Shown here: in pieces, positions 1 to 10,950 of the stretch
How positions within the stretch are numbered: position 1 is the first letter of the stretch
How the letters are laid out: every line of letters begins with the position of its first letter
Virus record (IMG/VR): IMGVR_UViG_3300024268_000040
Reading direction: 5' to 3' (one strand)
From: a virus
Lineage: Duplodnaviria; Heunggongvirae; Uroviricota; Caudoviricetes
Length of the DNA: 64,000 bases
Position numbers and translations under genes: made by a program
Notes under the pieces: model-generated
Database searches by the model: none
What the model was told of the DNA's origin: nothing
Seen by the model: only the letters and a program-made list of their open reading frames with translations

Positions 1-392
1 AGAAGTACCAGTTCTATCTGAGTCATCATCCTACGATGACTTCCAACCTTGATAAGGCACCTTACCTCAAGATGCATCTTATCAACCTGTTCGGTCATAC
101 ACATCAGCAAAAGATGTTCTATGACGACACTCCTTTTATGTTCCATGTGGGACTTGATTCCAACGGCAATAAGCCAGTTCTTCTGGATGATGCCATTGAA
201 ATTATGAAGCAGGAAACAATTAAGTGCCTAGAGTTCCTTGATGAGGCTCCGGTCACTGTCGATCCCACTGCGTAGGAATAGAAAACCTGCCATCACTGCC
301 TCTATGAATTTACCTGCCACGATCGTCTATTTAGAGATAGACGATGTGAAAAATATAAAAGAGATCCGCCAGATGGCGGATACTACGGGTGA
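1..392 (+). CDS. Metallophosphoesterase-like protein, partial (5' end outside window). Reading through TAGs at 273 and 279 adds a Cys/His-rich tail that ends at TGA 390-392.
   Basis: The ORF is open from base 3. GHTH motif typical of calcineurin-like phosphoesterases. Continuation to TGA checked codon by codon in frame. Confidence 0.45.
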
Positions 393-406
393 AAGGAGGA
401 AGTAAA

Positions 407-676
407 ATGAGTCATTAGATTTAGTATATTGACTATCCCTGCCGAACTAGCGAACACGCAATTCAAAAAGATTTGAATCGTTTCGCTTATGACCCACAAG
501 AGTCAAGTGGCTATCACGGCAACTTGACATTCCACAAAGAGCCTGTGTATAAGAACCGGGCTGAAGCGCTGGCTGCGATTGAAAATATGGATCGCGGTTG
601 GTATGACGATCATGCGGTGAGATATCGTGATGGTCGTAAAATCAATTGGTTAGTTAAGTGCGAATGGCACTGCTAA
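407..676 (+). CDS. Hypothetical protein with TAG codons at positions 4 and 6.
   Basis: ATG 407 sits 7 nt after SD gaaaggagga. It is in frame with the listed ORF 473..676, and only TAGs (416, 422) intervene. Confidence 0.45.
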
Positions 677-721
677 AATATGTACCTTGAAAAAAACAAT
701 AATGAAAAAGGAGAACTGTAA

Positions 722-2242
722 ATGATTCCCACTATTATCACAGCCGGCATTGTGCTGGTCGCAGTCATTTTCGTCATCATCCTCATCAAGTCCTGCTGGA
801 AAGTTGCGGGCACCAACGAGGTTCTGATCGTATCCGGCCTGGGTAAGGTCAAGAAGAAGACCGGCGGCGGTATCTTCGTTATCCCCCTGGTGCAGAAGAC
901 GCAGAAGATGACCTTGGAAAATATCCAGGTTGACTTTACTTCCCGCAATGAAATTCCCACCAAGGACGCTATTCACGTGCTGGTTGACGCAGTTGCGAAC
1001 ATGGCTATCTCCAAGGACCCCGAACGCCAGGCAGTCGCTGCTTCCAAGTTTGCAGGTTACAGCATTCAGCAGATCCGTGACATTGTTATCCCCGTTTTGG
1101 AAGGTAACATCCGTGAAATCATTTCCCAGACCGAGTTCGAAGATCTGATTCGTGGCGATAAGAAAGCATTTGCGGAGAAGATCCAGGAGAACGTTACTCC
1201 CAACTTGGCTGACCTGGGTATCGACCTGACCACCTTCAACATTCAGAACTTCTCTGATAAGAATGGTGTAATTCGTGACCTGGGTATCGAGAACATCGAG
1301 AAGATCAAGAAGGAAGCTCAGATCGCTGCCGCCAAGGCTAAGGCTGAAGTTGCTATCGAGGCTGCAAAGGCTGACAAGGCTGCTAACGACGCCAAGGTTG
1401 AGGCTGCTACCGAGATCGCTCAGAAGCAGACTGAGTTCGCCGTAAAGAAGGCTGCTATGCAGGCCCAGGCTGACACCGAGCAGGCAAAGGCTGACGCTGC
1501 AAAGCAGATCGAGGCTGAGAACCAGCGTAAGGCTCGCGAAATCGCAGAAGCTGAGGCAAACCTGGCTCGTCAGGAGAAGGCAATTGAACTGCAGGAGCGT
1601 GAGGTTGCTATCCAGGAGCGTAAGCTGGAAGCAGAAGTGAAGAAGACTGCTGACGCTAAGAAGTATGCGGAAGCCCAGGCTGCTGATGCTAAGGCCTACG
1701 CCGCACAGAAGGCTGCGGAAGCCGAGCTGTATGAGCGTGAGCGCCAGGCTGAAGCTGCTCGTATCGAAGCTGAGAAGAAGGCTGCGGCCGACCTTGCTCT
1801 GGCAACTGCTGAGGCAGAGGCTCAGAAGCGCCTGGCTGAGGCTATCGAGGCCGAAGGTAAGGCTAAGGCTGCTGCCGCACAGGCCCAGGGTCTGGCAGAA
1901 GCAGAAGCTATCCGTGCTAAGGCTGAGGCTGAAGCAAAGGGTATGCTTGAGAAGGCTGAAGCTCTGAAGCAGTACGGCGACGCCGCTCGTCAGCAGATGG
2001 AGTTGGAAGCCACTAAGGTGTTGTACGAGCAGCTGCCTAAGATTGCTGAGGCAATCGGTCAGGGCTACAACGGCGCTAACATCCACCTGATTGGTAACGA
2101 TTCCGGTCAGCTGGCTGGCAACATGATGGCTAACATCACCCAGATCATCGAAGGCTTCAAGGGTTCCACCGGCATTGATCCCACTTCCGTAATTAGCGGT
2201 ATGTTGGGTGCAAAGTTGGCTGACAACTCTGATAACGTGTAA
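722..2242 (+). CDS. floT: Flotillin-like SPFH/band-7 membrane protein (FloT/YuaG-like), 506 aa.
   Basis: N-terminal membrane hairpin, an SPFH core, then a long Ala/Glu/Lys-rich EA-repeat coiled coil and a C-terminal tail, as in Bacillus FloT. GC ~55%, far above the flanking DNA. No TAG codons. Confidence 0.75.
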   Translation: MIPTIITAGIVLVAVIFVIILIKSCWKVAGTNEVLIVSGLGKVKKKTGGGIFVIPLVQKTQKMTLENIQVDFTSRNEIPTKDAIHVLVDAVANMAISKDPERQAVAASKFAGYSIQQIRDIVIPVLEGNIREIISQTEFEDLIRGDKKAFAEKIQENVTPNLADLGIDLTTFNIQNFSDKNGVIRDLGIENIEKIKKEAQIAAAKAKAEVAIEAAKADKAANDAKVEAATEIAQKQTEFAVKKAAMQAQADTEQAKADAAKQIEAENQRKAREIAEAEANLARQEKAIELQEREVAIQERKLEAEVKKTADAKKYAEAQAADAKAYAAQKAAEAELYERERQAEAARIEAEKKAAADLALATAEAEAQKRLAEAIEAEGKAKAAAAQAQGLAEAEAIRAKAEAEAKGMLEKAEALKQYGDAARQQMELEATKVLYEQLPKIAEAIGQGYNGANIHLIGNDSGQLAGNMMANITQIIEGFKGSTGIDPTSVISGMLGAKLADNSDNV

Positions 2243-2243
2243 T

Positions 2244-2333
2244 ATGATTAGTGCCCTCCATTTATTATGGATTATCCCGCTATCTGCGGGATTGGGCATG
2301 GCTATCATCGCCCTCGTGTCCGCTAACGACTAA
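2244..2333 (+). CDS. Possible 29-aa hydrophobic peptide immediately downstream of the flotillin gene.
   Basis: ATG 2 nt after the floT stop. Fully hydrophobic MISALHLLWIIPLSAGLGMAIIALVSAND. Very short, so speculative. Confidence 0.2.
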   Translation: MISALHLLWIIPLSAGLGMAIIALVSAND

Positions 2334-2351
2334 GTAAATATAGAATCCCAG

Positions 2352-2382
2352 CCCCAGGAAGAAATTCCTGGGGCTATTTGTC
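2352..2382 (+). terminator. Rho-independent terminator after the flotillin cassette.
   Basis: ccccagg-aagaaatt-cctgggg hairpin followed by a T-rich run. Confidence 0.5.
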
Positions 2383-2512
2383 GTTGGTTCTCGTTGTCGG
2401 TCGTTTCTGGGATTCCGATCGCCCATAGGAATTTTTTCTCCAAAATGCTCTAATTTGACTTTTCCTATTTTTTTGGGTATAATAATTATATCTTATAATA
2501 AAGGAGATTTAT

Positions 2513-2941
2513 ATGAAACACGAATATATTGAATTTGCTTTTGATGAAAAGTTGGGATATGCAAGATGTCTGATGATTTGTAATGGATAGGCATTTGAAG
2601 GTGGTGCTAAATGTCACCCCGATGATATGGATATGATTAGCGAGCGTACTGGTTGCTGCATTGCAGAGGCTCGCGCATATATCAAGGCATTGCGCTTCAA
2701 GCGCGACCATGAGATTCAACCTAAGCTCGATGTTTTGCGTCATTTATATAGTAATATGCAAACCAGTAAACATTTCAATCCAAAATCTTACGAAGCGAAA
2801 ATGTTGCGAAGTCAGATTGGGGCGATTGAAAAAGAATTAGCTACAATTAGCTAGGATTTAGCAGAAGAAAAGAAATATCTCAAAGAATATATCGACAAGA
2901 AAGATAAATTTTATCAAAGATTACGGGCCAGAAATCAATAA
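2513..2941 (+). CDS. Hypothetical coiled-coil protein; in-frame TAGs at 2588 and 2852, stop TAA 2939.
   Basis: SD aaggag 7 nt before ATG 2513. Same frame as listed ORF 2627..2854. The sequence past TAG 2852 still reads as protein (DLAEEKKYLKEYIDKKDKFYQRL). Confidence 0.5.
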
Positions 2942-2984
2942 TTATCAACCCCTAATACTCATATAACATAAGGGGGAGATATAT

Positions 2985-3236
2985 ATGGAGTTATTATATT
3001 TTATCCTTGGTATTTTATTTGTATCTTATGCGATACCACTTCTTGATGGGTTGAGCGGATTAGTACTTACCTGGATGGAAGCGAAAAAAGCCAAACAAAG
3101 CGAAATTATCAACCTAACCAATATCAAAATGCGTCAGGCGGCTGCCTCTGCCGAAGATGATACTCCCAAGAGACTGATCGGTTTCTGCCGCGAGGACGAC
3201 TACGAAGAAGAAGAGGACGATGATGATGAAGTATAA
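2985..3236 (+). CDS. Small membrane protein with an acidic C-terminus.
   Basis: 83-aa ORF with an N-terminal TM segment. Overlaps the start of the next gene. Preceded by a TGnTATAAT-type promoter near 2466. Confidence 0.35.
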   Translation: MELLYFILGILFVSYAIPLLDGLSGLVLTWMEAKKAKQSEIINLTNIKMRQAAASAEDDTPKRLIGFCREDDYEEEEDDDDEV

Positions 3237-4482
3237 GTTTTATGATACCTGCTCTTTGTTGATGAAGGCTAATCACTTATGGGACGATGATTCTGAAATA
3301 GTAATTTCTTCAATTACTTTAGAAGAATTAGAACATATTAAGACTTCTGCAAACAAAGATCCCGATGTAAAGTTTGCTGCTCGAAAAGTAGTACATGAAT
3401 TAGATGAACATTATAATAGTTATAAAGTTATGATTTGGAATAATACCCTTACTGATTTCATTGACGAATATCAATTACCCGTAAATGAAGACAGTAAAAT
3501 TCTCGCTTGCGCAGATGCCTTTATGGAGTCGCTAAAGCCAGAAGACGAAATCATATTTGTAACAAATGATTTATGTTGCAAACATTTAGCTCGTGTATGC
3601 TTAAATATGCCTGTTGAATCATATGAAGAAGAATCATATGATTATGATGGTTATAAAGAGGTTTATTTGGATACTGATAAAATGAGCGAGTTTTATTCTA
3701 ATATGGATAAAAATATGTTTGATTTACATATCAATGAATATTTACTCGTTTATAATGCAGATGCTCCAGAAGAACCCGCAGATAGACTATGTTGGACTGG
3801 TTCAGGCTATCGTCGTCTATCTTATGAAAACTTCAACTCCAATTATTTTGGAACTGTCAAACCAATGAAGGGCGATGTATATCAAGCGTTGGCATTTGAT
3901 AGTTTGAATAACAATAAAATCACAATGATAAAAGGTCCTGCGGGAACCGGTAAAACCTACATTAGTCTGGGCTTCCTGTTGCACAAACTCGAGCGCAACC
4001 GCATTGACCGTATTATTGTATTTTGCAACACTGTTGCAACTAAAAACTCTGCAAAACTGGGTTATTATCCTGGTACTCGCGATGAAAAATTACTTGACTC
4101 ACAGATCGGTAATTTGCTAATTAGTAAATTTGGCGGTCGTGTTGCGGTCGAGCAAATGATTGAATAGGAGAAATTAGTTTTATTACCTTTATCTGATATT
4201 CGAGGTTATGACACTTCTGGTATGAATGCTGGTATTTATATTTCAGAAGCTCAAAACTTAGATATTGAATTGATGAAACTAACACTACAACGAATTGGCG
4301 AAGATAGCGTATGCATCATTGATGGTGACTGTAAGGCACAGGTCGATGATATCCATTTCGCTGGTAGTAGTAATGGTATGAAACGAGCCTCTCAAGTATA
4401 TCGCGGAGAAGATGTATATGGTGAAATTACATTGAAAAACATTCACCGTTCTAAAATTGCAAAAATTGCAGAGAAAATGTAA
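3220..4482 (+). CDS. PIN-domain plus PhoH-like ATPase (YlaK-like). One in-frame TAG at 4165-4167.
   Basis: Walker A GPAGTGKT. After the TAG, ...LLPLSDIRGYD...AQNLDIELMKLTLQRIGEDSVCIIDGD aligns to the PhoH core VPLAFMRGRT...DEAQNTT..MKMFLTRIG. The two listed ORFs are in one frame. Confidence 0.8.
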
Positions 4483-4492
4483 TATATGTCAA

Positions 4493-4523
4493 CTAGGGTA
4501 GATTTTTCTACCCTAGTTTTTTC
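4493..4523 (+). terminator. Rho-independent terminator.
   Basis: ctagggtag-atttt-ctaccctag hairpin plus T6. Confidence 0.5.
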
Positions 4524-4553
4524 ATATCAATTTTGAGAGAAGGGAGAATATTT

Positions 4554-7079
4554 ATGGCTGTAAAAACTTACACAAAAGGAATTGCAACTAAATTAAGCAC
4601 AAATTTTAAGTCTACTGAATTTGACTGTCATGGATCTGGTTGCTGTTCTAAAACTTTAGTTGATGACAAATTAGTGGAATATTTACAAAAAATCAGAGAC
4701 CATTTTGGCAAGCCTGTAAATGTAAGTTCTGCTTATCGTTGTACTACACATAATAAAAATGTTGGTGGAGCAACTGGCTCTCGTCATATGAAAGGCCAAG
4801 CTGCAGATATTTATATTACAGGAGTAAAACCTGCCGAAATTGCCAAATATGCTGAATCTATTGGTATTTTAGGCATTGGTTTGTATGAAACTGATAAAGA
4901 TGGTCACTTCGTCCATGTGGATACTAGAACTACTAAATCTTTTTGGTATGGTCAAGCGCAAGCTAAACGCACTACTTTTGGAGGCGCAGTAACAACCGCT
5001 ACTCCTCAAAAAGAATTATACCGAGTAAGAAAAACTTGGGCTGATAGTAAATCTCAATTAGGTGCATATAGCATTTTAGATAATGCAAAGAAGACTTGTG
5101 ATAAAGCTGGTGTTGGTTATTATGTTTTTAATTCAAAGGGGGAAATTGTATATCCAGTAGCAAAAGAAGAGAAAGAAGAAAATGCTATAATCATTGATAC
5201 CTCTAAGGTTAATACAAATGCCATTGATGAAAAAGTAATGTGGAATTATTTTAAATCTAAAGGCTTAAATGATTATGGTATTGCTGGTTTAATGGGAAAT
5301 CTTTTTGCTGAATCTGGTTTACGTCCTTGCAATTTACAGCAGACCTATGAAAAATCTCTTGGTATGAGTGATGCTGAATATACTGCCGCAGTAGATGCAG
5401 GAATTTATACTAACTTTATTAATGATAAAGCTGGTTATGGTTTGGCTCAATGGACCTATTGGAGTTTGAAGCAAGAAATGCTCACTTATTTCCAAGCCAA
5501 TAAAAAATCTATTGGTGATGGTACTACTCAGATGGAATTCCTATGTCACCAATTGTCAACTAGCTACAAATCTGTATGGACTACTTTACAAACAGCAAAA
5601 TCTGTTTTAGAAGCTTCTAATGCAGTATTATTAAAATTTGAGCGTCCCGCCGATCAAAGCGAGGCCGCACAAAACAAGAGAGCAGGATATGGTCAAAAAT
5701 ATTATGACAAATATGCTGTTAAAGAAGAAGTTAAAATTGAAATCCCAAAAGAAGGAGGAAACGGAAAAATGAAGTATTCTGCTTCTAATAAACCCCTTGT
5801 ATGCATGCAAACTCAAAGCACTTGTTATAAAGGAACAAGTAAAATGACTGTTAAAGGCGTTTTATGGCATTCTACTGGTGCTAATAACCCTAATTTAAAG
5901 CGTTATGTGCAACCAAGTGACAATGCTTCTGATAAAGAGGAAATGTTAGCATTATTAGGTATAAATCAATATAAAAATGATTGGAATCATATTGAACGTC
6001 AAGCAGGATTAAATTGTTGGATCGGTAAATTAGCTGATGGAACTGTTGCTACTATATAGACAATGCCTTGGGATTATAAGCCTTGGGGTTGTGGTAGTGG
6101 TTCTAAAGGGTCTTGTAATAGTGGTTGGATTCAGTTTGAAATTTGTGAAGATGGATTAACTGATAAAACCTATTTTGATAAAGTCTATAAAGAGGCATGT
6201 GAAATTACTGCATATTTATGTGATATGTTTGATATTGATCCTTTTGGTACCGTCCGTGTTAATGGTATTGACGTTCCAACTATCTTATGTCATGCAGATT
6301 CTTATAAGTTAGGATTAGGCTCCAATCATGGTGATATTAATCATTGGTTCCCTAAATTTGGTAAATCAATGGAAACTGCTCGTCAAGATGTTGCTGATTT
6401 AATGGGAACTAAAGTATCTGTAATCGAACCAGCTGAGCCCGATAAAAAGGACGATGTACCTGCGGCCGCACCCTCTAATGAAATGTATCGTGTAAGAAAG
6501 TCATGGGAAGATTCAAAAAGTCAAATTGGAGCATATAGTCAATTACAAAATGCAAAAAATGCTTGTGATAAAGCTGGTATTGGATATTATGTCTTCAATT
6601 CCAAAGGAGAAGTTATTTATCCTGAACAGCCAAAGAAAAACGAAGTCATTGAGGCTGTAAATGATTTACAATTAGGTTAGGCAGTATCTTTAAAAAATGG
6701 AGCAAAATATTCTTCTGGTGCTTCCATTCCTTCTTGGTTATTTGGTAAGAAATTATATGTGCGTGAAATCCGTGATGACGGTAAAGTCGTATTTTCTACT
6801 TTAGCTTCTGGAGATATTACTGGTGTGACTTATGCTACTAATTTATTACCTTATAACGGAGATAGTATAGCAGCTCCAAAAGTACCGGAGTTTGAATCTT
6901 ATTTAGTTAAAATTGTTGCTGATGTATTAAATGTTCGTGCGGGAGCAGGCGTTTAGTATCGTATTAATACTCAGGTTAAAAAAGGTCAAGTTTATACTAT
7001 TGTAGGAGAATAGTCTGGTTGGGGCAAATTGAAATCTGGCGCCGGTTGGATTTCACTTAACTATACTAAGAAAATTTAA
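4554..7079 (+). CDS. Giant modular cell-wall hydrolase (endolysin), ~841 codons with 4 in-frame TAGs (6057, 6678, 6954, 7011).
   Basis: N-terminal M15-type peptidase motif (SAYRC..HN..VGGA..SRH..GQAADI), then an Amidase02_C-like wall-binding repeat (YRVRKTWADSKSQLGAYS) and a lysozyme-like domain (GIAGLMGNLFAESGL). After TAG 6057 comes an amidase-like domain with a second wall-binding repeat. After TAG 6678 come two SH3b-like repeats. Listed ORFs 4533, 6063 and 6759 share one frame. SD aagggag before ATG 4554. Confidence 0.7.
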
Positions 7080-7081
7080 TT

Positions 7082-7426
7082 ATGAATAAAAACAAAACTG
7101 CTCAAAAGCCCGCACCTAAAAAAGACACTGAATTCTCTAAAAGATTATTGATTCAAGAGTCACTTCTCTTATGGGTTGTGACTCTTGCATTTATTATACT
7201 CGCTTTTGTATGTATTTCAAATCAATATTTTGGTGAATTACCTTGGTTAACTGCAATGGCTATGGCTCCTTGGGGAGCATATGCTGTCGGCCAAGGCTTC
7301 TATTACCGAAAAGCAGAAAAAGAAAATACTCAAGGCGGTATAAAATATGAAACAGTTATGGCATAGTTGCAAACGAATGATGATGACCCATTAACTGAGT
7401 CATTTAGTGATAACGCTGCAGGATAA
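7082..7426 (+). CDS. Putative holin with two TM segments; in-frame TAG at 7364, stop TAA 7424.
   Basis: Starts 2 nt after the lysin stop. Two hydrophobic helices. Short charged tail after the TAG. Confidence 0.5.
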
Positions 7427-7441
7427 ATTAAACAACAAAAA

Positions 7442-7488
7442 GGCGAGATAGATGATTATTTTCATCTATCTCGCCTTATTTTTTTTTA
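7442..7488. terminator. Bidirectional rho-independent terminator between the convergent holin and tail-fiber genes.
   Basis: 14-bp stem ggcgagatagatga / tcatctatctcgcc, with a T-run on the + strand and an A-run upstream. Confidence 0.6.
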
Positions 7489-7491
7489 GTT

Positions 7492-8928
7492 TTAAGTTTT
7501 ATAAAATATCTCTCCAGTTGCACCAGAAGAAGGGAGAGAGCTACCATAGTTCTGAACAATAACTTTTTGACAATATAATGGAGCATAATTTCCACTCTAC
7601 CAACCACCTCGACTAGCTACTCGAAAAGGTAAAGGGGCATAAGCTGTACTATTACCACTTCTTGGAGTTTCAAAAACTAATCCCCCATTATCAACATACA
7701 TGCATCCCAAAGTAAATGTTTCAGTGCCGGCTCCATAAAAATAAAATGGATCAGTGGAAGTAAAACTGATTGAACCACTCATAGTACCGCCACTTAATGG
7801 TAATACTTGATCTAAATAAGCAATTTGATGATGATGGTTAAAAGTAGTACGATTTGAACCATTCGCAAAATATAATTTATCAAACTAATGACTATAATAA
7901 AAAGCACCAAAAGCAGCATCACTCTAATACCAAGCAATACCTGTCATCCAACCGCTAACATCAGCACCAGCATTAGTAATTTCAGGTAAATTTTTATTAC
8001 CATACAACATTCGCAAATGAAATTTTCCTTCAGCCATGTCATAAAAATTATTATAATCATTAATACTACGAATTTCAACTGTAGCTGTAGTAGCTGACTA
8101 GCCAGACACATTAATATTCCAAGTACCAGAAGCTCCTCCGCCTGTTAGAGTTGGAGAATATGAATTATAATTGCTACTATCTAATACTCTTTTCCAAGGC
8201 TTTCCCACGCAAGCGCTTGAGTTAGTTCTATACCATAATCCGTTACTATCCTATACTCCAAACGCTAATTGACTAATCCAATCAGTATTACTTCCTGCTC
8301 CCCAAGCCATACTTAACCCATGTATCCATCCTGCAGCTCCACGAGGATTATCTTCTGCTGCGTGAATCATAGCAGCAGCAAAACCTTGTTTAGCAAGGTC
8401 ATTAAAAGTTACAGTAGAAGAACCTCCCACATTATTTGAATTATATACTTTAATATAATTATTTGAACCAGATGCAGGACATGCCCAATTACTATAATTT
8501 GCAGAAGTTAAAATTGGTTTCCAATCATTCCATGTTGTAGTATTCTTTCTTGAGCGTACTGCCATTCCGCCACTACCAGCACCATCATCTATCCAAAGCT
8601 ATGCTCCCCATCCTGATCCTTGCCCAATAGAGAGTACGGCACCATCATTTTTAAGTCCAGTAATATCACTTCCAATCCAAGTTAATTGCATTCCATTATT
8701 TAAAAAAGCATCAATATCAGCATCAGTATTTAATTTTGTCGCATTTTTATTTAAAATAGAAGCTCGACCAACATTCATATTTGCTGGAGTAATATAATAT
8801 ATATAATTATCTGATCCAATACAAGCAATTTTATTTACACTTGTTTTTGCCGTTGCTGCTGAAGTATATAGCCATTCTGATTTTAAATATTTTCCTTCAA
8901 TATGGCCATCAACTTTTAACGTTCCCAT
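7492..8928 (-). CDS. Tail fiber paralog 1 (~478 codons, multiple in-frame TAGs).
   Basis: Listed minus-strand ORFs 8599..8928, 8251..8565 and 7597..7782 share one frame, separated by TAG (cta on +). The 3' end was traced to TAA at 7492-7494. N-terminus MGTLKVDG. LPLSGGT-type fiber motif. Region 8110-8190 is ~85% identical to 13455-13540 in paralog 3. Confidence 0.65.
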
Positions 8929-9098
8929 ATATAAAATCTCCTTTCTCTCAAAGAGTATAAATCTATTTCTATATTATATTATTTTTCCTAAAGCATTTTT
9001 TTTCTTCTGGCCAGAAGAAAAAAAAACTCATATATGATTTTTTATATATAATTAGAAATATAACTCTTTTTATTTTGAGAGAAAGGAGATTTTATATA
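8929..9098. promoter_or_regulatory. Divergent late-gene control region. Two copies of the conserved late leader flank a perfect 34-nt palindrome tttttttcttctggccagaagaaaaaaa.
   Basis: Both divergent genes have an identical SD context, gagagaaaggagattttatatATGGG. The same ~95-nt leader recurs at 14330-14440 and 52241-52345. Confidence 0.5.
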
Positions 9099-10886
9099 AT
9101 GGGAAAATTATAGATTAATGGGGATTTGCTTCTTGCAGCTGGTAATGAAGATCGCTTTTTAACATTTAATTACACTGGTGGAACTGGATATGATTGGCGC
9201 ATAGGTTATTTAGGATCTGGTGCAGGTAATGAAAACTTTTTAGTATTTTAGAGCGATAAAGAAGGTAGCACCTTTTATAATGCTTTAAAATTTGGCTTAA
9301 CTACATTAAATGCTGAGTTCGGTGGAACTGTAACTGCTTCATCATTTATTGGTAATTTAAGTGGTAATGCGTCTACTGCTTCCAAGCTATCTGCGGCACG
9401 CACTTTCACTATTGGAGATAGTAGTAAATCTTTTGATGGTAGCGGGAATGTGTCTTGGACATTAGCGGAGATAGGGGCTTCTGATAGGACTTTATTATTA
9501 GGTAATTCTAAAGCGATTTGGATTGATGGAAATGCAAACACTTATTATCCTGTTTATATTAATATGGGGCACGGTGGTATTTTATTTGGATGGGAGACTT
9601 TATCAATATCTCGCCGATATAATGACAGTGCGCCCAATAGCTGGAATACATCTACTCATAGGGGCGGTTTAACTTTTACACTGCGATGGAGTGGTGACTC
9701 AGGATGGGGCGGAAATGATCATAATATTATGGTTGAAGAATTTAGTGAAACTTATTCTACAATGGTTGGTGGTATGACATTATCCGTTGATGGACTAATA
9801 GTTTGGTTGCGCGGCGGCGGAGCAAGATATTACTTGAGTAGTCCATATGGCTTAGCTGCTTATGCAACTGTTTATTATGACGGATATACTGCTGGTGATG
9901 GGCGCACCTATTCTGCACGCAGTTATAATGCAGATACTGTAGCAAGTGAAATTCATTCAAAATGGCTTGTACGACCATGGGGAATATTTGCTGGAACCGC
10001 ATCTAATGCTGATACTATTGATGGACATCACTTTAACTGGGATGGCAAAGGTGGGCAGCCCACTTGGCTATGGGGCGCTAATGAATATGGTAATAGCTAT
10101 GTGTATAATCCAGCTAATTTTAGTGTAAATTATGCTAATAGTGCTGGAAGTGCAGGTAGCTCCACAACTACTTCTTATCCAGCGGGATTTGTTTAGAGGG
10201 CATCCACATCAGATTGGGGTACTGTGCGAACTGGCTTAATTACGGAGTGGGATGCTGGCCCAAACAGTAATAAAGGCGCAGTGGCTTTTATGGCATATCC
10301 GAGTGCGAATGAAGTTAGTGTTAAAATTGATGGTTATTTTTTCTAGAATGAAGGTAATAATAGGGTATTGGATATTGGAGATATTCCTGTTAACAGTGCT
10401 TCAGCATGGTTAAATACTTCTGGGTGGTATAAAATCGCTACAGTAACTAAATACAGCGGAAATACTGGCCCTTTATCTGTATTATTAATTATTGGAAAGA
10501 ACTATTCATATTCAACTAGTGATATGTTTACTATTTTAGTTCAAGGCGGTTATTATAATACATAGTTTATTCCTCTTGGACATTGTGATAATGGCCTTGA
10601 TTGCTTTACTTATATTCGTTCCACTGGAGATGGGGCCGCAACTGGATTTGACATTGAAGTATATTTAAATACTCCTTCTGGAGGTAATAATTTTTATGTT
10701 AAAGCTGTTGCGCTAATCGGTAATGTTTCTTGTCATGCATTTGCCTCACCATCTGGGTCAGTAATGAAAACTTATCAAATTCAAAATTGTACCCATAATG
10801 GAACTTTTGGTACTACTGATCCAGCTTCTAATCCCTCTGCGATTCCTGGCTATGGTGAAACTGGTGCAATTTATTATAAAATTTAA
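9099..10886 (+). CDS. Tail fiber paralog 2 (595 codons; TAGs at 9111, 9249, 10194, 10344, 10563; stop TAA 10884).
   Basis: SD gaaaggag before ATG 9099. Translated codon by codon: MGKL-Q-INGDLLLAAGNEDRF... continues in frame into listed ORFs 9450 and 10368 with no TAA/TGA. C-terminus ...GAIYYKI. Confidence 0.75.
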
Positions 10887-10904
10887 TTAAATAAAAAAAA
10901 TAAA

Positions 10905-10945
10905 GGCGAGATATTGATTAATTTCAATATCTCGCCTTTTTATTG
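10905..10945. terminator. Bidirectional terminator.
   Basis: ggcgagatattga / tcaatatctcgcc hairpin flanked by A- and T-runs. Confidence 0.55.
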
Positions 10946-10950
10946 TTTAA

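Noticed and set aside
650-2308. 552-aa minus-strand ORF, and other antisense ORFs (673..963, 930..1148, 1665..1967)
   Set aside because: They overlap the flotillin gene antisense. Their low-complexity Leu/Ser-rich translation is an artifact of the GC-rich EA-repeat coding strand.
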